A stretch of 64,000 nt of DNA from Alphaproteobacteria bacterium. Lineage in GTDB: Bacteria; Pseudomonadota; Alphaproteobacteria; UBA828. Shown here piece by piece: positions 8,985-18,255 of this stretch. The notes beneath the pieces are model-generated. The model ran no database searches. It was not told where the DNA came from and saw only the letters and a program-made list of their open reading frames with translations. How positions within the stretch are numbered: position 1 is the first letter of the stretch; each line of letters starts with the position of its first letter. A program made the translations under genes and the position numbers. Location: contig CAXXMU010000001.1 of assembly GCA_963667785.2 (NCBI GenBank), positions 1,056,001 through 1,120,000 of the forward strand, given 5' to 3'.

Positions 8985-9950
8985 CTAGGCCCGTTCCGCT
9001 TCGGCGAGGTCGGTGGGGTCGTCGCCCCGGCGCAGCATGGCGATGAGCGCGAGGTTCACGGCGATGTAGCCGGGTGCCACCTCGTTCGCACCCGCGAGCC
9101 GCGACTCCGGCCGCTCGCGCAGCTCCCGGCTCAGCGCGCCGAGCCTGTGGAAGGGCACGCCGGGGAAGAGGTGGTGCTCGGTGTGGTAGGGCATCTGCCA
9201 CATCAGCCAGCGCAGGAGAGGCCCGGCGCGGGTGGTGCGCGTGCCCCCGATGACGCCCTGCCCGTTGGGCAGGCCGTGATGCTCGGCGGCGACGTAGCAG
9301 CGATAGAAGCACGTGGTGAGCATCATCGGCCCCCAGACGCAGAGCAGCGCCGCCCAGCTCCCGAAATAGGCCGAGAGAGCGACCACGGCTGCGTAGCCGA
9401 GCACGTAGAGCCGCGCCTCGCGGATCACGATGCGCCGGTCCCGTTCCTTGAGGAAGGGCTCGGGCGCGTGGCCGAGGGCGTGTTCCGCCAGGTTGCGGAC
9501 CTGGGCGATCCACAGCGCCGGGCCGGCCACGAACTTGAGATAGCTCCAGCGCGTCCATGGCCTCTGGGCCAGCAGCTCCGGGTCGTGCCCGGCGACCTTG
9601 GTGTGCCGGTGGTGGGCGAAATGGAAGAAGCGCTGATAGTTGTGGGCATAGAAGCGGGGGAAGCTCGCCAGGTGGCCGAAGGCATCGTTGAGGGCCTTGC
9701 TGCGAAAGACCGTCCAGTGCCCGAGCTCGTGCTGGCCCGCGTAGCAGAAGCCCCAGAGGATGACGCCGTGGGCCACGAACACCGGCGCCACCCACCAGCT
9801 GCCCCAGAGCGCGTGGATCGCGTAGCCGGTCAGCCCCAGGGCGCCGAGCTGGCTCAGCACCTGGCTCCAGCCGCGCAGGTCAGAGCGCTGCGACAGCGCC
9901 TTGAGGCGGCGCGGCTCGATCAGGTCCTTGCGCGCGATCCAGTCGTCCAT
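8985..9950 (-). CDS. Membrane fatty acid desaturase family diiron enzyme (MocD / rhizopine oxygenase-like)
   Basis: His boxes HELGH, HFAHH, EHH and YHTEHHLFP; RSD...W N-terminus as in MocD-like proteins. Confidence 0.85.
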   Translation of the reverse strand: MDDWIARKDLIEPRRLKALSQRSDLRGWSQVLSQLGALGLTGYAIHALWGSWWVAPVFVAHGVILWGFCYAGQHELGHWTVFRSKALNDAFGHLASFPRFYAHNYQRFFHFAHHRHTKVAGHDPELLAQRPWTRWSYLKFVAGPALWIAQVRNLAEHALGHAPEPFLKERDRRIVIREARLYVLGYAAVVALSAYFGSWAALLCVWGPMMLTTCFYRCYVAAEHHGLPNGQGVIGGTRTTRAGPLLRWLMWQMPYHTEHHLFPGVPFHRLGALSRELRERPESRLAGANEVAPGYIAVNLALIAMLRRGDDPTDLAEAERA

Positions 9951-9954
9951 GGTC

Positions 9955-11637
9955 TCAGCCGCTGCGCTGGGTGACGGCCAGCATACGCCCGCGCTCGATC
10001 AACAGGAAGCGATCCGCGGCGGTGCGCCGCCACGGGCTCCAGTGTCCGTCAGGCCACTGCACGCGCACCTCGGCGTCCGCCGCCCGGCCCAGGCCGAAGT
10101 GTATCCACCCCGCCTGTCCGCTGACGTGGCCGCCGCCGACCACGACCTCGTGGCGCTGGATGCGGCCCGAGGCGCGCACCTCGATCCACGCGCCCACCGC
10201 GTTCCGGTTGGCGCCCTCCTGGCGCAGCATGAGCTGGAGCCAGTGGCCGCCGTGGCGGCTCCGGTTGTGCAGGATCTCGACGTTGGCCACGCGGTTGACG
10301 ACGACGATATCGAGCAGTCCGTCCAGGTCGAGATCGATCACGGCGCCGCCCCGGCTCCGCCTCATGCTGGCCGCGCCCGCCTCCACCGAGGCCTCACGGA
10401 AGCTGCCGCCGGGGCCGCCGAGGAGCAGGTTGTTGGGGTCGTCTGCGGCGGCCTCCTCCATCTCCTCCACGTTGCCCTTGGCGACGAAGAGGTCGACCCA
10501 GCCGTCGTTGTTCACGTCGGCGAACTGCGAGTGCCAGGCCGTGGAGGGCCGCTCGTCGCGGCCCGCGTGGGGGCGCGTGGCCTCGACGCCGGTCTCGTAG
10601 GCGATCTCGTGGAAGCGGGGCTCGGCGGTGCTGCCGGGCTCAAGCGTCCGCAGCCGGTTCGCCCCCATGTTGGAGAGGAAGTAGTCCGGCAGGCCGTCGC
10701 CGGTGAGGTCGTGGCTGGCGATCCCCATGCCCCAGATGCGGAGTCGCGCCCAGCCGTCGTCGCGCCCGTAGGGCCGGGGCTCGGGCCCCATGCGCCAGAG
10801 CTGCTCCTCGCCGGTATCCTCGTGATAGAAGCGGTCGTTGCTGACGCGCAGGTCCGGCCGGCCGGCACGGCTCCAGTCGGAGAACAGCATCGAGAGCGGG
10901 CAGTGCCCGGGGCTGAGCGGCAGCGCCGGCCCGTAGACGGCCGCCTCCGCGCCCGCCGGCCGGTGGAGCGTATTGTCGGGGCAGGCCGGCGTGGGCTCCG
11001 CGCCGGAGGACGGCTCGCCGAATGGCGTGTGCATGGCGGCCCACATGTGGCGATCGACGTAGTTGCCGAAGGCGAGGCTCGGCAGCCCGTTGTCTCCCTC
11101 CCAGACGGCGCTGAAGGCGGTGGTCCAGCCCTCGCCGCCGGGGACGCCCCAGGCCTCGTCCGCGCGCGCGAAGCGGCAGTCGCCGAGGCCGCGGTAGAGC
11201 CGGTTCGCGCCGAGCCGCAGGACGGCGAGGTCCATCAGGCCGTCGCCGTCGATATCGAGCGGATAGGCGCCCGTGACCCCGCTCTCGCCAAGCTCCGTAT
11301 CGGCGAGCGCGGCGAAACGCAGCGCGCCCGGCGCGCTCTCGTTGCGAAAGAGCCCGGCCGGCGCGGCACCGCCGGCGAAGAAGAGATCGGGGTCGTCGTC
11401 GAGGTCGCAGTCGAAGGCGGCGACGCCGCCGCCCACATAGTGGGTCCAGTCGCCGGTATAGGCGTGGGTCACGCCGGCGTCGGCGGCGACCTCGACGAAG
11501 CGGGGCGGTTGCGGGTCGTTCGGGTCGGCGGCGCCGACGTCCGGCGAGCCGGCGATTGCGCCGCCCAGCGCCAGCAGGCCCGCGAGCGCTGCGACGGAAG
11601 GGACGGCGGAAGACAGGTGCCGATGCCACCGCGCCAT
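9955..11637 (-). CDS. CRTAC1 / ASPIC-UnbV family secreted protein with FG-GAP-like repeats
   Basis: Signal peptide; repeated DxDxDGxxDL motifs; C-terminal NRNAVGAWIEV...IHFGLG...VRVQWPDG (UnbV/ASPIC). Confidence 0.9.
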   Translation of the reverse strand: MARWHRHLSSAVPSVAALAGLLALGGAIAGSPDVGAADPNDPQPPRFVEVAADAGVTHAYTGDWTHYVGGGVAAFDCDLDDDPDLFFAGGAAPAGLFRNESAPGALRFAALADTELGESGVTGAYPLDIDGDGLMDLAVLRLGANRLYRGLGDCRFARADEAWGVPGGEGWTTAFSAVWEGDNGLPSLAFGNYVDRHMWAAMHTPFGEPSSGAEPTPACPDNTLHRPAGAEAAVYGPALPLSPGHCPLSMLFSDWSRAGRPDLRVSNDRFYHEDTGEEQLWRMGPEPRPYGRDDGWARLRIWGMGIASHDLTGDGLPDYFLSNMGANRLRTLEPGSTAEPRFHEIAYETGVEATRPHAGRDERPSTAWHSQFADVNNDGWVDLFVAKGNVEEMEEAAADDPNNLLLGGPGGSFREASVEAGAASMRRSRGGAVIDLDLDGLLDIVVVNRVANVEILHNRSRHGGHWLQLMLRQEGANRNAVGAWIEVRASGRIQRHEVVVGGGHVSGQAGWIHFGLGRAADAEVRVQWPDGHWSPWRRTAADRFLLIERGRMLAVTQRSG

Positions 11638-11658
11638 CGTATCGGCTCTGCGGCGGGT

Positions 11659-12717
11659 CTAATCCGGCGTGGCCGAGTCTCGCCTTACGATCCCGGCCAG
11701 CCGCTGCTGCACGCGCTGGACGATCGTCAACCGCTGCAGGCGGTTGCTGACCGATTCGATGGCGCCGGCGACGCCTTCGGGCAGGAAGACCATGAAGAGC
11801 AGGACCACCACCCCGAGGCCGATGTTGCGCAGGTCGGAGAACTCCTTGAAGAACTCGTCCGCCACCATCAGCAGGCCTGCGCCGAGCAGCGGGCCCCAGA
11901 GTCGCCCGATGCCGCCCACCACCAGCATCGAGATCAGGAAGAGCAGCAGCGCGAAGCCCACCAGGTTGGAGCCGACCGAGCCGAAGTGCGCCGCGTAGAA
12001 GGCGCCCGCCATGGAGGTCAGGAAGGCCGAGGCGGCGAAGACGATGAGCTGGTACTTGAAGACGCTCACGCCGCGCGAGGTGGCGAGCTCTTCGTTGTCG
12101 CGCAGCGCCTTGAAGGCGAGGCCGATGCGGCTCTGCGTCATCGCCGCGGTAAAGACCAGCGCGACGATGAGGAGGCCCAGCATCGTGTAGTAGTCGCCCA
12201 TCATCCAGTTGCGCCCGCCCAGCACCTCGCGCCAGCCGAAGGTGCCGAAGTCGCCGAGCCCCTGCGCGCCGCCGGTGAACGAGACGCAGGTCGCCGGATT
12301 GATGACCTTGTTGAGCGCGCTGCAGTCGGAGTCCGTCTGGATCAGCACGAACATGGTCTGCGAGATGGCGAGCGTCAGCAGGGCGACGTAGATGCCGCGC
12401 ATCCTGAGGCAGGCGAGACCGATGAAGATGCTGAACACCACGCCGGCGGCACCGGCGACGGGGAAGGTGGGCCACAGGCTCCAGTCGAGATAGCGGCCCA
12501 TCAGCGCCGAGGTGTAGGCGCCGAAGGCGAAGATCGCGAGCTGCGCCAGCGAGAAGATGCCGGCCACGCCGAACACCAGGTTCCACTGGCTCACCACGGT
12601 GGCGTAGCAGAAGAGCAGCAGCGCGCTCGCGATGATGTAGCGCGGCACGCCCATGAAGGGGAAGGCCGCGGCGACGGCCAGCAGGATGGCGAAGAAGATG
12701 TAGTCGCGGGTTTTCAT
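11659..12717 (-). CDS. Branched-chain amino acid/amide ABC transporter permease (LivM-like)
   Basis: LRMRGIYVALLTL, ALRDNEELA and VVGGIG motifs; multiple TM helices. Confidence 0.92.
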   Translation of the reverse strand: MKTRDYIFFAILLAVAAAFPFMGVPRYIIASALLLFCYATVVSQWNLVFGVAGIFSLAQLAIFAFGAYTSALMGRYLDWSLWPTFPVAGAAGVVFSIFIGLACLRMRGIYVALLTLAISQTMFVLIQTDSDCSALNKVINPATCVSFTGGAQGLGDFGTFGWREVLGGRNWMMGDYYTMLGLLIVALVFTAAMTQSRIGLAFKALRDNEELATSRGVSVFKYQLIVFAASAFLTSMAGAFYAAHFGSVGSNLVGFALLLFLISMLVVGGIGRLWGPLLGAGLLMVADEFFKEFSDLRNIGLGVVVLLFMVFLPEGVAGAIESVSNRLQRLTIVQRVQQRLAGIVRRDSATPD

Positions 12718-12736
12718 GACGCTGCCATCGCTACCG

Positions 12737-13630
12737 TCACTGCCGGGCGATCTGGTGCTTGCCGAACAGCCCGGCGGGGCGCCAGATGATCGCGATCACC
12801 ACTACCACGAGCATGGCGAGGAAGCCCCACTTGTCGGCCACGAGCACCTTCACCGCCGCCTCCACCATGCCGATCAGAAGCGCGGCATAGAGCGCGCCGG
12901 TCATGTTGCCGAGGCCGGCGAGCACGATGACGATGAAGGCCTTGAGCATCGGCGTCTGGCCCATCAGCGGCACGACGTCCTTGAACGAGCTCAGCATGAT
13001 GCCGGCGACGCCCGCGAGCGCGCTGGCGAGCGCCAGCACGATGACGTAGACGCGCTTCACCTTCACGCCCATCAGGCGCGCGGCGTCGCGGTTCTGCGCG
13101 GTCGCGCGGATCGCGCGCCCCATGGTCGTACGCGTCAGGAAGAGCGCGACGAGCACGATCAGGGCGACGGCCACCGCCCAGATGATGAGGCGCTGGTAGC
13201 TCACCGGCACGTCGCCGACGAGGAACGAATCGGCGCCGAGCGAGAGCGGCTGGGAGTAGGGCGCGGCCTGGAAGAGCTCGCGCAGCAGCTTCAACAGGCC
13301 GGCTTCCAGCGCCATGCCGAGGCCGAAGGTGGCGATGATGATCGTCACCTCGAAGTTCTTCTGCGTCAGCATCCAGTGAGCCGAGGCGAAGTAGACGGCA
13401 GCGCCCACGATGCCGCCGGCGATGAAGGCGAAGGGGCCCGCGAACCAGAGCGGCAGACCGAACAGCTCGGCCCAGACCAGCACGAAGTAGGCGCCCAAGG
13501 TCATGATGATGCCGTGGGCCATGTTCAGCATGTTGAACGCGCCCCAGACCAGCGCGAGCCCGACGGCCGCCAGCGCATACATGGCGCCGAAGGTCAGCCC
13601 GCTGACGATGATCTGGATAAAGAAGTTCAC
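12737..13630 (-). CDS. Branched-chain amino acid/amide ABC transporter permease (LivH-like)
   Basis: GAMYALAAVGLALVWG, LNMAHG and GRAIRATAQNRDAARLMGV motifs. Confidence 0.92.
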   Translation of the reverse strand: MNFFIQIIVSGLTFGAMYALAAVGLALVWGAFNMLNMAHGIIMTLGAYFVLVWAELFGLPLWFAGPFAFIAGGIVGAAVYFASAHWMLTQKNFEVTIIIATFGLGMALEAGLLKLLRELFQAAPYSQPLSLGADSFLVGDVPVSYQRLIIWAVAVALIVLVALFLTRTTMGRAIRATAQNRDAARLMGVKVKRVYVIVLALASALAGVAGIMLSSFKDVVPLMGQTPMLKAFIVIVLAGLGNMTGALYAALLIGMVEAAVKVLVADKWGFLAMLVVVVIAIIWRPAGLFGKHQIARQ

Positions 13631-13648
13631 TGCGCGCCCCCGCTGCCC

Positions 13649-14365
13649 TCAGCCGCCGAGATAGGTCTCGAGGATCTGCTGGTTGTTGTGCAGCTCCTCG
13701 CCGTCGCCGGCCCAGACGATCGTGCCGGTGTCGAGCAGGTGGATGCGGTCGGCGAGGTCGATGATCCGGCTCGCGTTCTCCTCGACGAGCAGGATCGTCC
13801 GTCCCGACGCCTTGAGGTCGGTGATGATCTCGTAGATCTGGTCGATGACGATCGGCGCGAGGCCGAGCGAGGGCTCGTCGATCATCAGGATGCGCCCGCC
13901 GGCCAGCAGGCCGCGGCCGATGGCGAGCATCCGGCGCTCGCCGCCCGAGAGGGTGCGCGCGAGCTGGGTCGTGCGCTCCTTCAGCCGGGGCAGGATCTCG
14001 TAGATCTTCTCGACCTCCTGCTCGAAGGTCTTGCGCACCCGGGGCAGGTAGGCGCCCATCTTGAGGTTGTCGTAGACGCTCATGTCCGGGAACAGCATGT
14101 CGCCCTGCGGGATCAGGACGACGCCGAGGCTCACGACCGTCTCCGCCTCGGCGCCCTCGATCCGGCGGCCCGCGAGGTGGATGTGGCCGCCGCTCGGCCG
14201 GAGCAGGCCGGCGATGCAGCGGAGCAGCGTGGTCTTGCCGTGCCCGTTGGGGCCAAGCATGGTGATGAGCCCGCCTTCGGGCACGTCGAACGAGACGTCC
14301 TTGAGGACGCTCTGTCCCTCGTACCCCGCAAACAGGTTCTGAACGGAAAGGAGGGGCTCAGCCAT
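13649..14365 (-). CDS. ABC transporter ATP-binding protein (LivF-like)
   Basis: Walker A GPNGHGKT, LSGGE and DEPSLGLAP. Confidence 0.93.
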   Translation of the reverse strand: MAEPLLSVQNLFAGYEGQSVLKDVSFDVPEGGLITMLGPNGHGKTTLLRCIAGLLRPSGGHIHLAGRRIEGAEAETVVSLGVVLIPQGDMLFPDMSVYDNLKMGAYLPRVRKTFEQEVEKIYEILPRLKERTTQLARTLSGGERRMLAIGRGLLAGGRILMIDEPSLGLAPIVIDQIYEIITDLKASGRTILLVEENASRIIDLADRIHLLDTGTIVWAGDGEELHNNQQILETYLGG

Positions 14366-15164
14366 CGGCGGCCGCCCGTTCCGCCAGCATGTGCTGCAGG
14401 CGGTCCGCCGTGCCTTCGCCGAGATAGACCTCGACGACGCGCCGGTCGCTCAGCAGCCCCTGGGTGTCCCCCTCATAGATCTTCTCGCCGTGGTGCATGA
14501 TGACGACCCGGCTCGAGACCTGGAGCAGGAAGCGCATCACGTGCTCGATCAGGATGATCGTCATGCCCTCGGCGGCGAGGCCGTCGACGATCTCCATCAC
14601 GTCGTCGACCTCGTGCGGATTGAGGCCGCCGACCGGCTCGTCGATGAGCAGGAGCTTGGGTTCGGTCGCCACCGCGCTCGCCAGCATCAGCAGCTTGCGC
14701 TCCAGCACCGGCGCGTCGCGGGCGACAGCTTCGGCGCGATCGGTGAGCCGGCAGAGCTCGAGCGCGCGGTCCACCCGCTCCCGCACCGCCCGCGAAAAGG
14801 TCACCGCCGGCACGCCGTGATCGCCGAGGCCGAAGGCCGAGCCGATCAGCACGTTCTCCCGGATCGTCAGCGAATCGAAGCCGGCGTTGAGCTGGAAGGT
14901 CCGCGCCATGCCCCGGTGGCAGATGAGGTCCGGCCGGACCTTGGAAATCTCCCGCCCCTCCAGCCTGATCTCGCCGCTGGTGGCGGGGTTGATGCCCGAG
15001 ATCACGTCGAGGAACGTGGTCTTGCCGGCGCCGTTGGGGCCGCCGATCCCGACCACGTCGCCGGTGTGAACGTCGAGATCGAAGTCGTTTACCGCTGCCA
15101 GCGCGCCGAAATACTTGAAAACGTTACGGCACGCCAGCAGCGGTACACGTTCCCCCGAATCCAT
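14358..15164 (-). CDS. ABC transporter ATP-binding protein (LivG-like)
   Basis: GPNGAGKT, ARTFQ, DEPVGGL, IEH and EVYLG motifs. Confidence 0.93.
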   Translation of the reverse strand: MDSGERVPLLACRNVFKYFGALAAVNDFDLDVHTGDVVGIGGPNGAGKTTFLDVISGINPATSGEIRLEGREISKVRPDLICHRGMARTFQLNAGFDSLTIRENVLIGSAFGLGDHGVPAVTFSRAVRERVDRALELCRLTDRAEAVARDAPVLERKLLMLASAVATEPKLLLIDEPVGGLNPHEVDDVMEIVDGLAAEGMTIILIEHVMRFLLQVSSRVVIMHHGEKIYEGDTQGLLSDRRVVEVYLGEGTADRLQHMLAERAAADG

Positions 15165-15202
15165 GGGTTGAACCGGTTCCTATGTCTTCGGGGTGATGAG
15201 GC

Positions 15203-16603
15203 CTAGCCTGTCATCCAGGGCGGGGTCATCCAGTCGGCGGTGGCGTAGAGATCCGGCCCGACGAAGACCACGTCCTTGGTCCAGTCCTGACACTGCATCA
15301 TGATCGTCGGCATGCCGAGTGAGGGATCGGGCGTCTCCGCCGGATACGGCTGCGCCGCCTGGCCCCACATGAACTTGATGGTGCCCACCACACCGCGATA
15401 GATCGAATCGCGCATGATGTTGCAGACCTTCTTGTTCTGCTCGATGCCGTCGTAAGGCACGCCCGAGCCGCCGGCGCGGCACGCCGCGATCGCCCACAGG
15501 TAGTACGAATCGTACACCTGACCCGCCACCATCGGGGTCATGTCCTCGCCCCACCGCTCGCGGATCTTCCTCGAGAAGGTGTTGCCGATCTCGTCCTGCA
15601 GGGTGCCGATCGTGGTCGAGCAGAACACGCCGTGGCCGGTCTCCTTGACGATGTCGAGGAAGGCCCGCTGCTGCAGCGCATACTGCACGTAGACCAGGCT
15701 GTTGGTCGGGTTCTCGGCGAAGCCGGTCACCAGGCCGGTCTGGTCGCTCGGGAAGCCGTGGGTCGCCGCGATGATGGCGGGCTCGATTTCGCGCGCCCGC
15801 ACCAGCGCCGGCCCCCAGTCGTCCACCGGCTGCGACACGACGTCGTCGATCGCGAGATCCCAGCCGAACTGCGGCGCCGTGTCGCGCACCGCCGCGGCGA
15901 TGGTGATCGCGTAGTCGATGCTGCCCGAGAACAGCACGAAGTTGTTGTTGGGCCGTTTCCACTTGCCCAGCTTCTCGAGCTCGTCGAGGAAGTAGATCAG
16001 GCCCGAGCCGTAGTAGTACTCCGACGGGTCGTCCTGGAAGATGCACCAGTAGCGATCCGGATTGTCTCTCACCGCGAACTGGTGCCCGTACTGGGTGTTG
16101 TCGTGCATGTACGGGATGCCCGCATCGGCGATGGTGTCGTACTCGGCGCGGACCGAGAGCGAGTTGTAGCCGTTGATGATGGCGTGCACCTCGTGCCGGT
16201 CGATCAGGCGCCGTGCGGCCGAAGTCACCGTCTCGGCGGTGATCTCCTTGGTGTCCTCGAAATGGACCTCGATGGGCCGGCCGTTGATGCCGCCGAAGGA
16301 GTTGATCTCCTCGACCGCAAGCGTGATGCCCGCCTCGAAGTTGCGGGAATCCTCCGCACCCCAGCCCGTGTAGGGCAGCATGGCGCCGACCGGGATCGGC
16401 TCGCCGTCGGCCTTGGCGCCGTTGTTCAGCGCGACCAGGGTGTTCGCCCCGGCGACGCCCATCGCGCCGATGGCCGCGGTGCCGGCCATCGACATGAAGC
16501 CGCGCCGCGACGGGTTCAGCGGATCGATGATGCCGCCGGAGGCCTTGATCTCCTCGTCGAACTTCTGCTTCTTCGTCTGTTTCCTCTTGTGGAACCACTC
16601 CAT
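15203..16603 (-). CDS. Tat-exported type I periplasmic binding protein of a Liv/amide-type ABC transporter
   Basis: SRRGFM twin-arginine signal; LAVEEINSFGGINGRPIE motif; GGGAGG RBS before MEWFHK. Confidence 0.88.
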   Translation of the reverse strand: MEWFHKRKQTKKQKFDEEIKASGGIIDPLNPSRRGFMSMAGTAAIGAMGVAGANTLVALNNGAKADGEPIPVGAMLPYTGWGAEDSRNFEAGITLAVEEINSFGGINGRPIEVHFEDTKEITAETVTSAARRLIDRHEVHAIINGYNSLSVRAEYDTIADAGIPYMHDNTQYGHQFAVRDNPDRYWCIFQDDPSEYYYGSGLIYFLDELEKLGKWKRPNNNFVLFSGSIDYAITIAAAVRDTAPQFGWDLAIDDVVSQPVDDWGPALVRAREIEPAIIAATHGFPSDQTGLVTGFAENPTNSLVYVQYALQQRAFLDIVKETGHGVFCSTTIGTLQDEIGNTFSRKIRERWGEDMTPMVAGQVYDSYYLWAIAACRAGGSGVPYDGIEQNKKVCNIMRDSIYRGVVGTIKFMWGQAAQPYPAETPDPSLGMPTIMMQCQDWTKDVVFVGPDLYATADWMTPPWMTG

Positions 16604-16748
16604 CGAGCCGCCTCCCCTTTTCTGTGGTTCGAGGGTCATACGACTGCCGCCGGGCGGCGACCGCCGCCGACCGCATCGTTCGTCTGTCGGTGCGAGCTTA
16701 GCATAGGGCAATGGACGTAACGCAACAGCAAAGCCGATGCGTCACCCC

Positions 16749-17954
16749 TCAGGCGCCGGCCTTGGCCACCGCGTGCTGCGGCGCGCCGGCGCCCCCGCTC
16801 GGCAGCCAGAAGGCGATGATGCCGACCAGCACGGCCGAGCCGCCGAGGCCGACGAAAAGCCAGAGGAAGCCGCCGGAGATGCCGTGCAGGCCCGCGACCA
16901 GAGGTGCCGCGACGGCGCTGGCGCCGAGCCCCAGCAGGAACTTGATGCCGAAGATTCGCGCCCGCCAGTGCTCGGCCGTGTAGCGGGTCACCAGCGCGTC
17001 CTGGATCGGGATCTCGCCGACCACCACCATCATCATCGCGAGCGCCACGACGATCAGCCCGTGGCCGGCGAGCACGCCGGCGGCGGCGATCAGCGGCGCT
17101 TGGGCGAAGAGCACCGCGATCCAGACCGGCTTCGCCGGATAGCGGTCGATCAGCCAGCCGACGCCGATCTGGGCGAAGGCGGCGACGGCGATGACCACCG
17201 AGACCAGCGCGCCTATGCCGAGCGCGCCGTCGGCGATTCCGGTCAGCCCCTCGTCGAAGAGCTTGGGCAGCGCGATGGTGGTAGTCTGGAAGGTCAGCCC
17301 GGTGAGCGCCGTCGCCACGCCGATCACCAGCACCAGCCTGAGCAGCGTGCGCGAAGGCCGGCCCCCGTTCCAGCTCAGGGACGGGCGCGCGGGTGCCGCG
17401 GCCGTGTTGCGCCACTGCCGGCAGACCGCGATGAACAGGACCCCGACGAGCAGCGTGAGCGCACCCGGCACGATGAACGCCGCGCGCCAGCTGATCGCCT
17501 CGCTCAGCGACGCGGCGACGATCGCCGCCGCCGCGAGGCCGAGATTGCCGGCGACGCCGTTGACGCCGAGGAGCTTGCCGACCTTCTCCCGCCCCTCGAC
17601 CAGCATGGCGATGCCCACGGGATGGTAGATCGACGCGAAGAGCCCGATCAGGGTGAGCCCCACCGCGAGCTCGAAGGGGCTGCGCGCGAGCCCGGTGAGG
17701 ATGGACGAGAGGCCGATGCCGACGAAGAACACCGCCAGCATCGCCGGCCGGCTCCAGCGGTCGCCGAGCCAGCCCGCCGGCAGCGTGCCGGCGGCAAAGG
17801 CGATGAAGCCGGGAACCGCGAGCGAGAGCAGCTCGCCGTAGCTGCGCCCGAACACCCCTTCGAGGGTGAGCACCACGGTGGGGTAGAGCAGCAGGAACAG
17901 GTGGTCGAGCCCGTGCCCGACATTGATGAAGAGGATGCGGGAACGGTCCGTCAT
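16749..17954 (-). CDS. MFS transporter
   Basis: About 12 hydrophobic helices; GWLGDRWSR motif A; SIYHPVG. Confidence 0.9.
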   Translation of the reverse strand: MTDRSRILFINVGHGLDHLFLLLYPTVVLTLEGVFGRSYGELLSLAVPGFIAFAAGTLPAGWLGDRWSRPAMLAVFFVGIGLSSILTGLARSPFELAVGLTLIGLFASIYHPVGIAMLVEGREKVGKLLGVNGVAGNLGLAAAAIVAASLSEAISWRAAFIVPGALTLLVGVLFIAVCRQWRNTAAAPARPSLSWNGGRPSRTLLRLVLVIGVATALTGLTFQTTTIALPKLFDEGLTGIADGALGIGALVSVVIAVAAFAQIGVGWLIDRYPAKPVWIAVLFAQAPLIAAAGVLAGHGLIVVALAMMMVVVGEIPIQDALVTRYTAEHWRARIFGIKFLLGLGASAVAAPLVAGLHGISGGFLWLFVGLGGSAVLVGIIAFWLPSGGAGAPQHAVAKAGA

Positions 17955-18077
17955 CGCGTCCTCACCCGCATGGCTCCGGCGAGACGCCCCCGGCGGGCCT
18001 CACCACCTGCCGCCGCGCCTGCGGCCGCTGGGGGGCCGGGGGCAAGGCCGCGTCCGCTGCACGCGGCGGACGGACCG

Positions 18078-18151
18078 TGGAGCGGGTGAAGGGAATCGAA
18101 CCCTCGTCGTAAGCTTGGGAAGCTTCTGCTCTGCCATTGAGCTACACCCGC
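18078..18151 (-). tRNA. tRNA-Gly(CCC)
   Basis: Reverse complement reads GCGGGTGTAGCTCAATGGCAGAGCAGAAGCTTCCCAAGCTTACGACGAGGGTTCGATTCCCTTCACCCGCTCCA. Confidence 0.96.
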
Positions 18152-18161
18152 CCGACTTCGG

Positions 18162-18190
18162 ACAATAGGAGCCCGCCCCTGCGCCGGCAA
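18162..18190 (-). promoter_or_regulatory. Putative sigma70 promoter of tRNA-Gly
   Basis: TTGCCG-N17-TATTGT on the minus strand, 10 bp upstream of the tRNA. Confidence 0.6.
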
Positions 18191-18255
18191 GCGCTTCGGC
18201 CGCAGCGCCGGAGCGTACCGGCCACGTCCACCGCACCACGCGCCGCGGCGCGCCG

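Noticed and set aside
9901-12789. 962-aa plus-strand ORF, and similar long Arg/Ala/Gly-rich ORFs elsewhere
   Set aside because: Antisense or off-frame shadows of well-supported genes
16700-16731. Candidate promoter for the ABC operon (TATGCT -10)
   Set aside because: The nearby TTG hexamers are at 14 or 20 bp spacing, so support is too weak
3671-18077. Possible genomic island between the 3' ends of tRNA-Val and tRNA-Gly
   Set aside because: No integrase, no duplicated tRNA 3' end noticed, and composition matches the backbone
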